NCBI GenBank assembly: GCA_963712745.1
Contig: CAVQJC010000010.1
Coordinates: 114,217-178,216 of the forward strand
Reading direction: 5' to 3'
DNA from: an uncultured Chloroflexia bacterium
GTDB lineage: Bacteria > Chloroflexota > Limnocylindria > Limnocylindrales > CSP1-4
Length of the DNA: 64,000 nt
Positions 56,286 through 63,887 of this stretch are shown piece after piece (the first letter of the stretch is position 1; each line of letters opens with the position of its first letter). A program made the position numbers and the translations under genes. The notes beneath the pieces are model-generated. The model worked only from the letters and a program-made list of their open reading frames with translations, made no database searches and had not been told where the DNA came from.

Positions 56286-56341
56286 TGGTGCCGGAGACGA
56301 GATTTCGAACTCGCACGGGGTTGCCCCCAGCGGTGTTTAAG
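56286..56341 (-). mobile_element. Displaced 3' half of tRNA-Leu(TAA) with CCA end (att-like scar 2)
   Basis: Minus strand CTTAAACACCGCTGGGGGCAACCCCGTGCGAGTTCGAAATCTCGTCTCCGGCACCA starts at the anticodon loop. Upstream sequence cannot form a D arm or the acceptor 5' strand. Confidence 0.85.
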
Positions 56342-56475
56342 TGAGCGGTCAGAGGGGACTCACGGGGACAGATGACCCCCATTTCACGCTCAGCCACGCT
56401 CAGGTCTGTCAGGTCCCCTGGGTCACGTCTGGACTCCCATAGCCTTAACCGATAGCCGAAGTAGAAGTCGGTCTG

Positions 56476-56511
56476 GTGGACATGTCCACTTGACATGTCC
56501 ACCTTGTCCAC
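56476..56511. repeat. GTGGACATGTCCAC palindrome plus two further TGTCCAC copies
   Basis: Read directly, about 135 bp inside scar 2. Confidence 0.8.
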
Positions 56512-56529
56512 CAACTCGAACGACCGCGG

Positions 56530-57144
56530 TCAGGTCAGGCTCTCGATCCCCTGGTCGATGAACTGAACACCGTCGTCCCAGGTGCGCATCAACTGCTCGA
56601 CCACCGAAGCCCGCCATGCCGGAATGTCCGTGTACCAGTCGTCGGGTGCCTCGATGAGGCGGTAGGCGATCCAGTGACTGCCGCGGCGATACCTCTTGGG
56701 TGCGACGAGCTCTCGTTCTGCCAGTGGACGCACCGCCGCCTCGATGGCACGGCCCCGCTCCGTGGCATGTGAGGCGAGCACCCCCACATAGGGCAGGCTG
56801 GCACCGGACCCCCGCGTGGGCTGCACCTTGCGCCCGTCCCAGCCGATGCCGATGGCGATGTCGGGACCGTCAGCGCCCGGTGTCAGCCACGACGGCCGAT
56901 GGAGCATCGGTGCGGGCCATGAGTCGCCGGCGACATGTTCCGCGACGGAGAGCTCGATGCCAGCGTCGGTGGCCGCTTCCTGGAGCAGACCTCCCAGCCG
57001 CCGCAGTTCATCTCCGACCGCGTCCGACACCTCGTTCGCCAGCGCGGCCCAGAGCAGGATGAGGTCGTGGTTCTCGAGGAAGAACTGGAGCCGGTCGTCC
57101 TCGAGGGCGCTGGTCATCTCCGGTGTGGTCTCGTCGTTCGTCAT
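56530..57144 (-). CDS. Hypothetical protein (204 aa)
   Basis: GAGGGA RBS, ATG start, balanced composition unlike GC-rich shadow ORFs. Confidence 0.7.
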   Translation of the reverse strand: MTNDETTPEMTSALEDDRLQFFLENHDLILLWAALANEVSDAVGDELRRLGGLLQEAATDAGIELSVAEHVAGDSWPAPMLHRPSWLTPGADGPDIAIGIGWDGRKVQPTRGSGASLPYVGVLASHATERGRAIEAAVRPLAERELVAPKRYRRGSHWIAYRLIEAPDDWYTDIPAWRASVVEQLMRTWDDGVQFIDQGIESLT

Positions 57145-57146
57145 GC

Positions 57147-57434
57147 CTGATCCCTCGTGGTGATGGTGAATGGCGCGGCTGGTCCGACCAGGTGGTCGAG
57201 AGCGAAGCCGACCTGCGGCAATACGGCGGGATCCGCGAGCTCATCAAGAGCGAGACGGTCGGGATTATCAGCTCGAACGACGACTACCCGCGCCTCGCGG
57301 CGTTCCTGCGCGACTACAGGGATTGGCTACTCGCCGAGGGCAAGGGCATGCGCCCGACCTTCGAGGGGATGGCGCCGGGGGCCGACCAGACATCCGACGA
57401 TGGCTCGGAGGAAGTCCTCAGCTTCGACCTGTAG
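57147..57434 (+). pseudogene. Probable C-terminal fragment of an unknown gene
   Basis: Protein-like reading GEWRGWSDQVVESEADLRQYGG..EEVLSFDL with no credible start; abuts the divergent gene at 57144. Confidence 0.4.
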
Positions 57435-57644
57435 ACCGGGCCATATCGTCTCGAGCGGCGCTCAAGGCCAGCCGCCGGGGCGCTCAGCCGAGCGGGACGG
57501 GCTCGTTGCGGGGGCCAGGCGCTTGCCACCGGAGGGCCTCTTCGCAGTACACACGATTCTCCCATCGTGACGCGGCCGTACTTCTGCGCTCATGAACATC
57601 GCCTCTTGTGTGCTGAGACAGGCACGCGACACCATCGACGGCGA

Positions 57645-57728
57645 GCGGGAGGCGATGACGCTCGGTCCGTGCCCTGGCCGCCTGGATCGTGCCGAGCTAC
57701 AGGTGGCGGCCTGTGCGAGGTGTGGACC
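57645..57728 (+). promoter_or_regulatory. Leader motif A, copy 2
   Basis: GCGGGAGGCGATGA-CGCTCGGTCC-GTGCCCTGGCCGCCT-GGATCGTGCC-GAGCTAC, followed by ATG at 57729. Confidence 0.75.
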
Positions 57729-58293
57729 ATGCAGGAAGCCGGTCTGTTCGTCACGCTGGCCGAGATAGCCGGTGTCTTCGTCGGCTTCGGGGCACTCATC
57801 GCCGTGCGCAGCGGCGGTGCGAGCGATGCGAGGGAGGTGTTGTACATCCGCTCGGTGTTGTCCATCGGAGTCTGGGTGGTCGTCGCGGCACTCACTCCGG
57901 TGACCCTCGGCGCCTATGACATCGGCGAGCGTGAAGTCTGGCTCGTGAGCGGCCTCGTGGCGCTCGCCTGGTTCTCGTGGGCGTGTGGGCCGTCAACCGC
58001 CGGACACCCGAGATGCAGGACTACTGGGCGGGGCGAGCTAAGTGGCGTACATCCACGCCGCGGGCGCAGCTCGTGCTCGAGGCAGCCGGGAATACGCTCC
58101 TCGCGGTCGCCATTCTGTGGCTGCGCTCGTCCTCGTCGTGCTGGGCCTGTTCCCGGACCAGGAGTCGGCGGTCTATCTCACCGCCGTCGTGCTGGGCCTG
58201 TTCGGGGCCGCGCTGAGCCTCCTCTTCCTGGTCTTCGCACATCGCGGCCCGACGCCAGCTGTGTCTGATGAGCTGGAGGAACCCGCCGAATAG
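57729..58293 (+). CDS. Membrane protein with ~5 TM segments; two -1 frameshifts (~57974, ~58114), pseudogene or sequencing error
   Basis: MQEAGLFVTLAEIAGVFVGFGALI continues across three ORFs; both breaks fit TTCCT>TTCT. Confidence 0.7.
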
Positions 58294-58299
58294 CCCCAT

Positions 58300-58327
58300 C
58301 GCGCCGCCTCGGCTGCCTGCGGCGCCC
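58300..58327 (+). repeat. 3' repeat C, copy 1 (copy 2 at 59433-59460)
   Basis: CGCGCCGCCTC(G/A)GCTGCCTGC(G/C)GCGCCC, 26/28 identical. Confidence 0.7.
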
Positions 58328-58377
58328 AGGTCATCAACGCTCTGGCGGTAGACACCCGGAGGACAATCCAGGCATAC

Positions 58378-58470
58378 GCGGGAGGCGATGAGACGCGGCC
58401 TGTGCCCTGGCCGCCCTGGACCGCGTCGAGCCACTGGCGAACCCGGCCCGCGCCTGAGAAGGGGGATGTC
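58378..58470 (+). promoter_or_regulatory. Leader motif A, copy 3
   Basis: GCGGGAGGCGATGA-GACGCGGCCT-loop-GGACCGCGTC-GAGCCACTGGCGAACCCGGCCCG..AAGGGGGA, followed by ATG. Confidence 0.8.
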
Positions 58471-59322
58471 ATGCGGAGGTTGAGACTGTTTCTGGTGGGA
58501 ACGGTCATGCTGACCTTGCTCGGAGGGCTGGGCGGCGCGGCGATGGCGCAGGACGAGATGCCGGGGGTCAGCGTCGAGACCCTCAGTGACCACGCGCTGA
58601 TCCCGGTGGAGGCCATACCCGAGACGACCGACCACCTCGCGCTCTGGCGGACCTGGGTCGAGCCAGGGACCGCCGGGGAGCTCGGGTCCGAGCACCCGTC
58701 GCAGGGAGTCAAGGTCGCCTATGTCGAGAGTGGCGCGGTCACGTTGGAGCGCGATGGCGACACCACGTTGTGGCGAGGCGACGGCAGTGTCGAGGCGGCC
58801 CCAGCCGGGACACGCTACTCGCTCGGCTCGGGTGACACCGAGCTGGAGCGGGATGGCACGTCCTCGTTCTCGTTCGAGGTGCCTGCCGAAGATGGACTGG
58901 TCATCCTCTATGTGGGCATGAGCGACAGCATCGAGCCGGCCGAAGCGCAGCAGCAACCACCAGGCGTCAGCCCCGAGGTGCTCGCCTACATCGTCCCTGA
59001 TCAGGCGGACCTCGAGCGCTTGTTCAGCCGGCCGCTCGGCGTCTCGTTCGAGCGGGTGACCCTCGATCCGGGGGCGCAGCTCGTGCTCGGGCGTGACGAG
59101 GTCCCCATGCTCGCGTTCATCTGGCTCGAGAGCGGCAAGCTCAAGTACGATGAGGTACCCGCCGACGAGGTCTCCCAAGCGGATCCTGACTTCACGCTCT
59201 GGTCGGGCGACACCTGGATCGGGCAGACGCCCGCTGCTGGAGATGTCCACGTACTTCGTAACGAGGGGGACGAGCCGGCTGTGGCGATCGGGGTGACGCT
59301 GTCCCACGCGTCGGACACCTGA
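58471..59322 (+). CDS. Secreted protein with probable tandem cupin-like domains
   Basis: Signal peptide (AAMAQD); two repeats of EPG/DPG...ESG.V/L; ends LRNEGDEPAV. Confidence 0.75.
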   Translation: MRRLRLFLVGTVMLTLLGGLGGAAMAQDEMPGVSVETLSDHALIPVEAIPETTDHLALWRTWVEPGTAGELGSEHPSQGVKVAYVESGAVTLERDGDTTLWRGDGSVEAAPAGTRYSLGSGDTELERDGTSSFSFEVPAEDGLVILYVGMSDSIEPAEAQQQPPGVSPEVLAYIVPDQADLERLFSRPLGVSFERVTLDPGAQLVLGRDEVPMLAFIWLESGKLKYDEVPADEVSQADPDFTLWSGDTWIGQTPAAGDVHVLRNEGDEPAVAIGVTLSHASDT

Positions 59323-59514
59323 GCGTTCGGCGACCGTCTCCGAATGATCCGCTCCGTGAGGGATTAGCCCCTCGATCGATCCGGGCGGAGAGGACTCACC
59401 GTCACCGCCCACCCGGATCAAGTGCCGGACGGCGCGCCGCCTCAGCTGCCTGCCGCGCCCCGCTCAGCGGGTCAAGGGCCGGACGGCCCGACGGCGTGCG
59501 CGGCGGCCGTGGGG

Positions 59515-60082
59515 TCAGGCTAAGTCGTCCAGCCGACGGGGCGATCGCGGGATCGGTGAGGCCTGCGATGGTGGCTCGACCATGCCACGGGTCGCCTCGA
59601 TGAACTCGCTGAGGGCTTCAGCGGGAGATCTCGGAGGTGACGGTGAGACCCTGGTGCTGGCTGATCGATGACGGCCTGGCGGACAGCACCTGGAACCTGT
59701 CGATGATCAGGCACGCATCGCGGGGTGTCATGTACCAGGCGGGCTCCTCGCTGATGCTGCCGTCGGGCTGCCTGACCTTCTTCGTCGCCTTCAGGTCGGC
59801 CCTGAACCTGGCGATGGCCTCAGCGATGGCCTCGAGGACCTCGTCGTGGATCTCGGCCTGGCGAGCAGCCATGCGCTCGGCGTGGTGCTTGATGAAGGAC
59901 TCCGACGCCCGGGCCTGATACGCCTCGCGCTTCCTCTCCCAGTCCCCTTTCTTGGCCTGGACGACGACGGCGGAGTGGGCCTTGATGCCATGGCGCCTGC
60001 ACAACTCTCTGATGGAGATGTCGGTGCTGATGAACTCGCGCTCGAGGGCGCGGTAGTCGTGGGACTTGTTGATGACGACCAC
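59515..60082 (-). CDS. HTH protein resembling a phage terminase small subunit; probable +1 frameshift near 59624
   Basis: DYRALEREF..ISIRELCRRHGI..AKKGDWER N-terminal HTH. After correction the frame continues SAEALSEFIEATRG to TGA at 59515. Confidence 0.55.
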
Positions 60083-60461
60083 CCTTTCGGGCTGTCTCGG
60101 CCTCCGGCCTCTCCTCGCCGCGACGAGGGGCGGAGTCACCGTCTGGCTCCATCGTAGCCCTCGATGCAAGCGGACAGATGCACGCGGGGTGGTGGCGCAC
60201 GGAGGGAACAGTGGAGGGAGTGGATGGGGGCCGGCATCCCGCCTGCCTGGGTCACCGGACCCCAGCGCTGGCATAGCAGCCACCTGAGGCAGGGGGGATG
60301 GTACCGGCGGACCAGGACCGACTCGGGACCGCTCCAGACCCTACCGGGCCGTCCCTGGACAGCGTTGTCGATGGGCACCATGTCGAGGTCGTGGCGGGGT
60401 TGGTCGGATGCGTGTCGGCTCGCGGCGCTGTTTCAGCGTGCAGGAGCTGCTCAGGATCACG

Positions 60462-61119
60462 TCAATACGGACCGACCGCAGACGACCAGTAGTCCGATGG
60501 TGTCGGGGTAGATGACTGTATGGGTGCTCGGGCTCGCGGCGCCGAGCGTGGGCCTGGTCGGATGGTCAGTCGTCGGTCGGAGTCGGGAAGGATCCATCCC
60601 TCGATGTCCCAGCCCTCCCACTCGTTCTCCAGCGGTCCTACGAATCGCACGGTGGCGCTGAGCCCCTCGTTCGCTCCCACACCGTGGGAGCCAGGACACC
60701 TGCACTGGGTAGGGGGCGAAGGGGTCACACCCCCAGTCGGCTGGCTGTTCTGCGGTGCCGAACCGAGTCCCCGAGCCACGTGACGGGACCGTCACGGCCG
60801 AGGCGGCCCGAGGCATCGCACGTGTGGATGCGGACCGTCAGCCGGCCCCAAGGAGCCCCTGCCGTGCCGCCGGTCGGCTTCACCACGTAGCAGCCCGTCA
60901 GCCGCGCATCGCTCGTCATCGCGGCACCTTCGTACCGGCAGAGCGACTCGGGCCCGCAGCTGCATCCCCATCCGAACGTAGGTGCCGGTCACTTCCACCG
61001 GCCCGCGCTGGGCCACGCAGTACTCGGGCGGGGCTGTTCGTCGCATCCTGAGCCAGCGTCAGCGTCCCCAGCATCGAACACATCAGGACGGCCACTCCAA
61101 CGGCCCTTACCGTGCGCAT
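60462..61119 (-). pseudogene. Secreted hypothetical protein with several frameshifts
   Basis: Signal peptide MRTVRAVGVAVL..LAQD, then PVEVTGT, MTSDARLTG, GVGANEGLSA and WDIEGWILP in different frames. The true end is probably near 60570. Confidence 0.6.
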
Positions 61120-61210
61120 CGGACTCCCCTCGCTCACACGGGCCGGGTCCGCCAGTGGCTTGGCACGGTCCCGGCGGCCAGGGTATGGGCCGTGCCTCAT
61201 CGCCTCCCGC
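61120..61210 (-). promoter_or_regulatory. Leader motif A, copy 4
   Basis: GCGGGAGGCGATGA-GGCACGGCCC-ATACCCTGGCCGCCG-GGACCGTGCC-AAGCCACTGGCGGACCCGGCCCG..GAGGGGAG, followed by ATG. Confidence 0.8.
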
Positions 61211-61402
61211 TACCGACTATTGTCCGCCTCGCGACAAGGCCACTGGGCGTTCGACGGTGGTAGATGGGCGTGCGGTCGGTCCGCTGTTCTCAGGGTCTTC
61301 GGCGCGGTTCTCGGGCCCAACGTCGTGTCGATGTCGGTATCGCTGAGGCCAAGCAGGGGCAGATGCTCTTGGTGTCCGTGTCTATCCCTATGGGGATCTG
61401 GC

Positions 61403-61435
61403 TCGCGGCGCTGAGCGTGGCGGGTGGTCGGGTCG
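61403..61435 (-). repeat. 3' repeat B (other copies 62211-62243, 60531-60561, partial 60417-60430)
   Basis: TCGCGGCGCTGAGCGTGG(C/T)GGGTGGTCGGGTCG, 32/33 identical between 61403 and 62211. Confidence 0.8.
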
Positions 61436-61441
61436 GCGGTA

Positions 61442-62083
61442 TCAGTCCTTGTAGCCAGTCGTCAGGTACGCGCCCAGGACACGCCGCCCGGACACGCGCC
61501 GGAAGCCCGCCTCTTCCATGACCTCGCATCGATCCATGCCGACGACCGCTCGTCCACCGGGCTTCAGCACCCGGTACATCTCCTGGATCGCGGCAGGGGC
61601 CTTGGCCTCGTAGCAGTTCACGTCGTTGCTGGTCACGACCGTGAAGGTGTCGTCGGGCCACGGCAGCGTGGCGGCATCCCCGACGACGAACTCGGCACTG
61701 CCCTCGGAGATCCGGTCGGCGTTCTCGCGCCGTGCTTGATCGATCATCGCCTGCGACATGTCGAGGCCGGCGATGCGGCGGATGTGTGTGGCGTGCTTGG
61801 CGAGGAAGACCCCCGAGCCGCAGGCCACGTCGAGGACCTCATCCTCCGGTTGCAGACCGATGCCCTTGGCGTAGGCGGCGTAGAGCAAGGAGTTCAGCGG
61901 GGCGTAGTGGCGGGCCAGGAACCGCCCCAGAGGCCCGTCGAGGGTCCTGAGCTGGGCGTCCTCCGACCCCATCCACTGCCAGGCCGCCTCGATGCGTTCC
62001 CAGAGGCCGCTGAGCCGCAGCGCGACCCCGGCGATGCCGACGACGGTGATGGTAGCGAGGCTTGCTCGCATGAAGCCGTTCAT
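61442..62083 (-). CDS. Class I SAM-dependent methyltransferase with hydrophobic N-terminus
   Basis: VLDVACGSG, GLDMS, GDA..LPW.D..F, EMYRVLKPGG. Confidence 0.9.
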   Translation of the reverse strand: MNGFMRASLATITVVGIAGVALRLSGLWERIEAAWQWMGSEDAQLRTLDGPLGRFLARHYAPLNSLLYAAYAKGIGLQPEDEVLDVACGSGVFLAKHATHIRRIAGLDMSQAMIDQARRENADRISEGSAEFVVGDAATLPWPDDTFTVVTSNDVNCYEAKAPAAIQEMYRVLKPGGRAVVGMDRCEVMEEAGFRRVSGRRVLGAYLTTGYKD

Positions 62084-62147
62084 GGCGTTCCCCCTTGCCA
62101 TACGCGCGGGCCGGGTCTGCCAGTGGCTCGGTGCGGTCCAGACGACC
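62084..62147 (-). promoter_or_regulatory. Leader motif A, copy 5 (3' part only)
   Basis: GGTCGTCTGGACCGCACCGAGCCACTGGCAGACCCGGCCCGCGC..AAGGGGGA, followed by ATG. Confidence 0.7.
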
Positions 62148-62286
62148 CGCCCTCGTTGGTAGGGTGCCGCATGTCTACGGCGACCGACAAGAGGCCTGGG
62201 TCACGAAGGTTCGCGGCGCTGAGCGTGGTGGGTGGTCGGGTCGTGGACGGGTGGTGGTGTGGCTGACGGCTGCCGCGAGCAAGAAG

Positions 62287-62315
62287 GAAGAGGCCCGCCC
62301 CTCGCGGGACAGGCC
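62287..62315 (-). terminator. Terminator-like hairpin T, copy 1
   Basis: Minus strand GGCCTGTCCC-GCGA-GGGGCGGGCC-TCTTC. Confidence 0.65.
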
Positions 62316-62351
62316 CCGCAGGCAGCCGACGAGGGCTGATCCGAGGTGTCG

Positions 62352-62824
62352 CTACTTGCAGGAGACGCTGTTCAGGATGTTCGACACCGTCGTCTGATCC
62401 CGTTGGCGTTGATCGTGAGGTGTGAGGTGAACGTGAGCGTGTAGTCGGGGGCCTTCCCCTGTCCGACCATCTTGAGCGTCTCGCGCACCGTATCCGTGAC
62501 GGGCGAGCCGCCCGACCCGGTGTTGATCACCGTCTTGCGGGTGTCGCTCCCGCGATAGACGTTGCCGGTGGTCGTACCCACGCCGACGAACGTCTTCCTG
62601 CTGAGGAACGTGGTGTGGCTACCACCGGCGCCGTCGTAGGTCTCGGTGATTACCTGGTGCCACTTGCCCTCGAGATTGAGCCCCTCCTCGAGGCACGACT
62701 ACGGGGCCGTAGACGTACGACCCGGTCCTCGTTCGTTGTAGACGTTCGCCGCGGACGTGGGCAGGACGGCGAGCAAGGAGAGCGCCAGTGCCAACGACAA
62801 CGAGAGTCCGATGAGCTTGCGCAT
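62352..62824 (-). pseudogene. Secreted beta-rich hypothetical protein; in-frame TAG at 62699-62701 and a frameshift near 62400
   Basis: Signal peptide MRKLIGLSLSL..SAA, then CLEE..GVGTTTGNVY..GQGKAPD..HLTINANG..SVSCK. Confidence 0.6.
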
Positions 62825-62973
62825 GGTGCGCACCCCCCTCATGCGGGTCGCAGCTTCCTCGGATGCGGACGCATGGCAGCGGCCGCCCGGCGCGACCTCC
62901 ACCCCGGATTCTCCTCCGTCGTCCAGCGACCTCGTCCACGTCTGACTCGGGCACGCAGGAACCTGATGCTCGA

Positions 62974-63004
62974 GAAGAGGCCCGCCCCTCGCGGGACGGG
63001 CCTC
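62974..63004 (-). terminator. Terminator-like hairpin T, copy 2
   Basis: Minus strand GAGGCCCGTCCC-GCGA-GGGGCGGGCCTC-TTC. Confidence 0.7.
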
Positions 63005-63032
63005 GAATGGCGGTCGGGCGCGAGATGCCCGG

Positions 63033-63887
63033 TCACTTGAGCCGGTCGATCACGTGTTCTGCCTTCGCGACTAGGTTCTTGGCAGCAGCGACGGCGATCT
63101 TCTTCCCCGCCTGTGCTTCAACCTTGTTTACGAAGGCTCTCAGCTGTCCGACCGCTGCCTTGTCGTTGCGCGTGCTGCTATCGGCGAGTTTGCTGACCGC
63201 AACGTCGAGCGAGGCGCCGAGCGCATTCCTGACTCCCCGAGCGACGTCGAGATTCGCGACATCGCCACTGAGGTGCCGAACCGACTTCAGCGGCGACGGC
63301 GGGCTCGTCGTGAGCTTGAGAGAGACCCAGCTCTTGCGACCCGCCTTCTGGTTCGGTTGGCGGATGGCGAAGCCTACGTACTTGTCGCCCTGGGCGGCCC
63401 GCTTGTTCACGAACGACAGCACGTCGAGAGACAGTGGTCCCGAGCTGTGATTGAACGTGGCGATGAAGTTGGCGCCGGAGTCGAAATCGGGGTTGGACAC
63501 GGACCCATCACCGACGTACCCCCAGAGTTCGAGCGTCGCCGGTCCCGTGGTGTTGTAGAACGGCGAGCCACTGAACCTCGCAGAAGACTGCGGGAAGAGC
63601 AGGCCTGAGACATCGAACTCGACGATGGCACGTTCCTCCTGGCCGGGAGGAACGCGGTTCAAGACCGCGAAGAAGCCCCCGAGGACGCAATCAGGGGTGC
63701 CGTCGCGGGGCGGAGGCGGCGACATACCCGAGCACGCGCCGTCCACGACCGTGGCATACGCAGTGGGGCTGATGACGTTGTCGCCGTTCGCGACTACGGG
63801 CGCGGCGAGAGTGCCGACGGTGAGCGCTGCCAGAAGTGCCGCGGAAGTCGTGAAAGCCGTGGCGCGACGCAGAGTGTTCCCGTTCAC
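63033..63887 (-). CDS. Secreted protein with a beta-sandwich domain and a C-terminal FIMAH-like helical domain
   Basis: Signal peptide; RAIVEFDVSGL; AVGQLRAFVNKVEAQAGKKI. Domain names are from recalled similarity. Confidence 0.75.
   Translation of the reverse strand: MNGNTLRRATAFTTSAALLAALTVGTLAAPVVANGDNVISPTAYATVVDGACSGMSPPPPRDGTPDCVLGGFFAVLNRVPPGQEERAIVEFDVSGLLFPQSSARFSGSPFYNTTGPATLELWGYVGDGSVSNPDFDSGANFIATFNHSSGPLSLDVLSFVNKRAAQGDKYVGFAIRQPNQKAGRKSWVSLKLTTSPPSPLKSVRHLSGDVANLDVARGVRNALGASLDVAVSKLADSSTRNDKAAVGQLRAFVNKVEAQAGKKIAVAAAKNLVAKAEHVIDRLK

Noticed and set aside
56286-56380. Intact tRNA gene
   Set aside because: Sequence 5' of the anticodon loop cannot form the anticodon stem, D arm or acceptor stem. 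The same applies at 52366-52415.
57655-61200. ATG inside leader A as a conserved leader peptide
   Set aside because: It is only 2 nt from GGAGG, it is GTG in one copy, and its frame relative to the downstream gene differs between copies.
61120-61210. Leader A as a fluoride riboswitch (GGCGATGAGGC start) or c-di-GMP-I riboswitch (GGCA..GGGAC..AAGCCAC)
   Set aside because: The resemblance is superficial. There is no GCTRATG..CTAC 3' element for fluoride, no GNRA tetraloop/receptor for c-di-GMP-I, and no fluoride-related downstream gene. An Rfam scan should still be run.
57645-62243. Repeats as a CRISPR array or integron attC sites
   Set aside because: Spacing is gene-sized and irregular, there are no cas or intI genes in the window, and no R-box pairs are evident.
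62699-62701. In-frame TAG as pyrrolysine or stop-codon readthrough
   Set aside because: TAG is a normal stop throughout the window. The preceding residues look out of frame and the gene has another frameshift, so indels are more likely.
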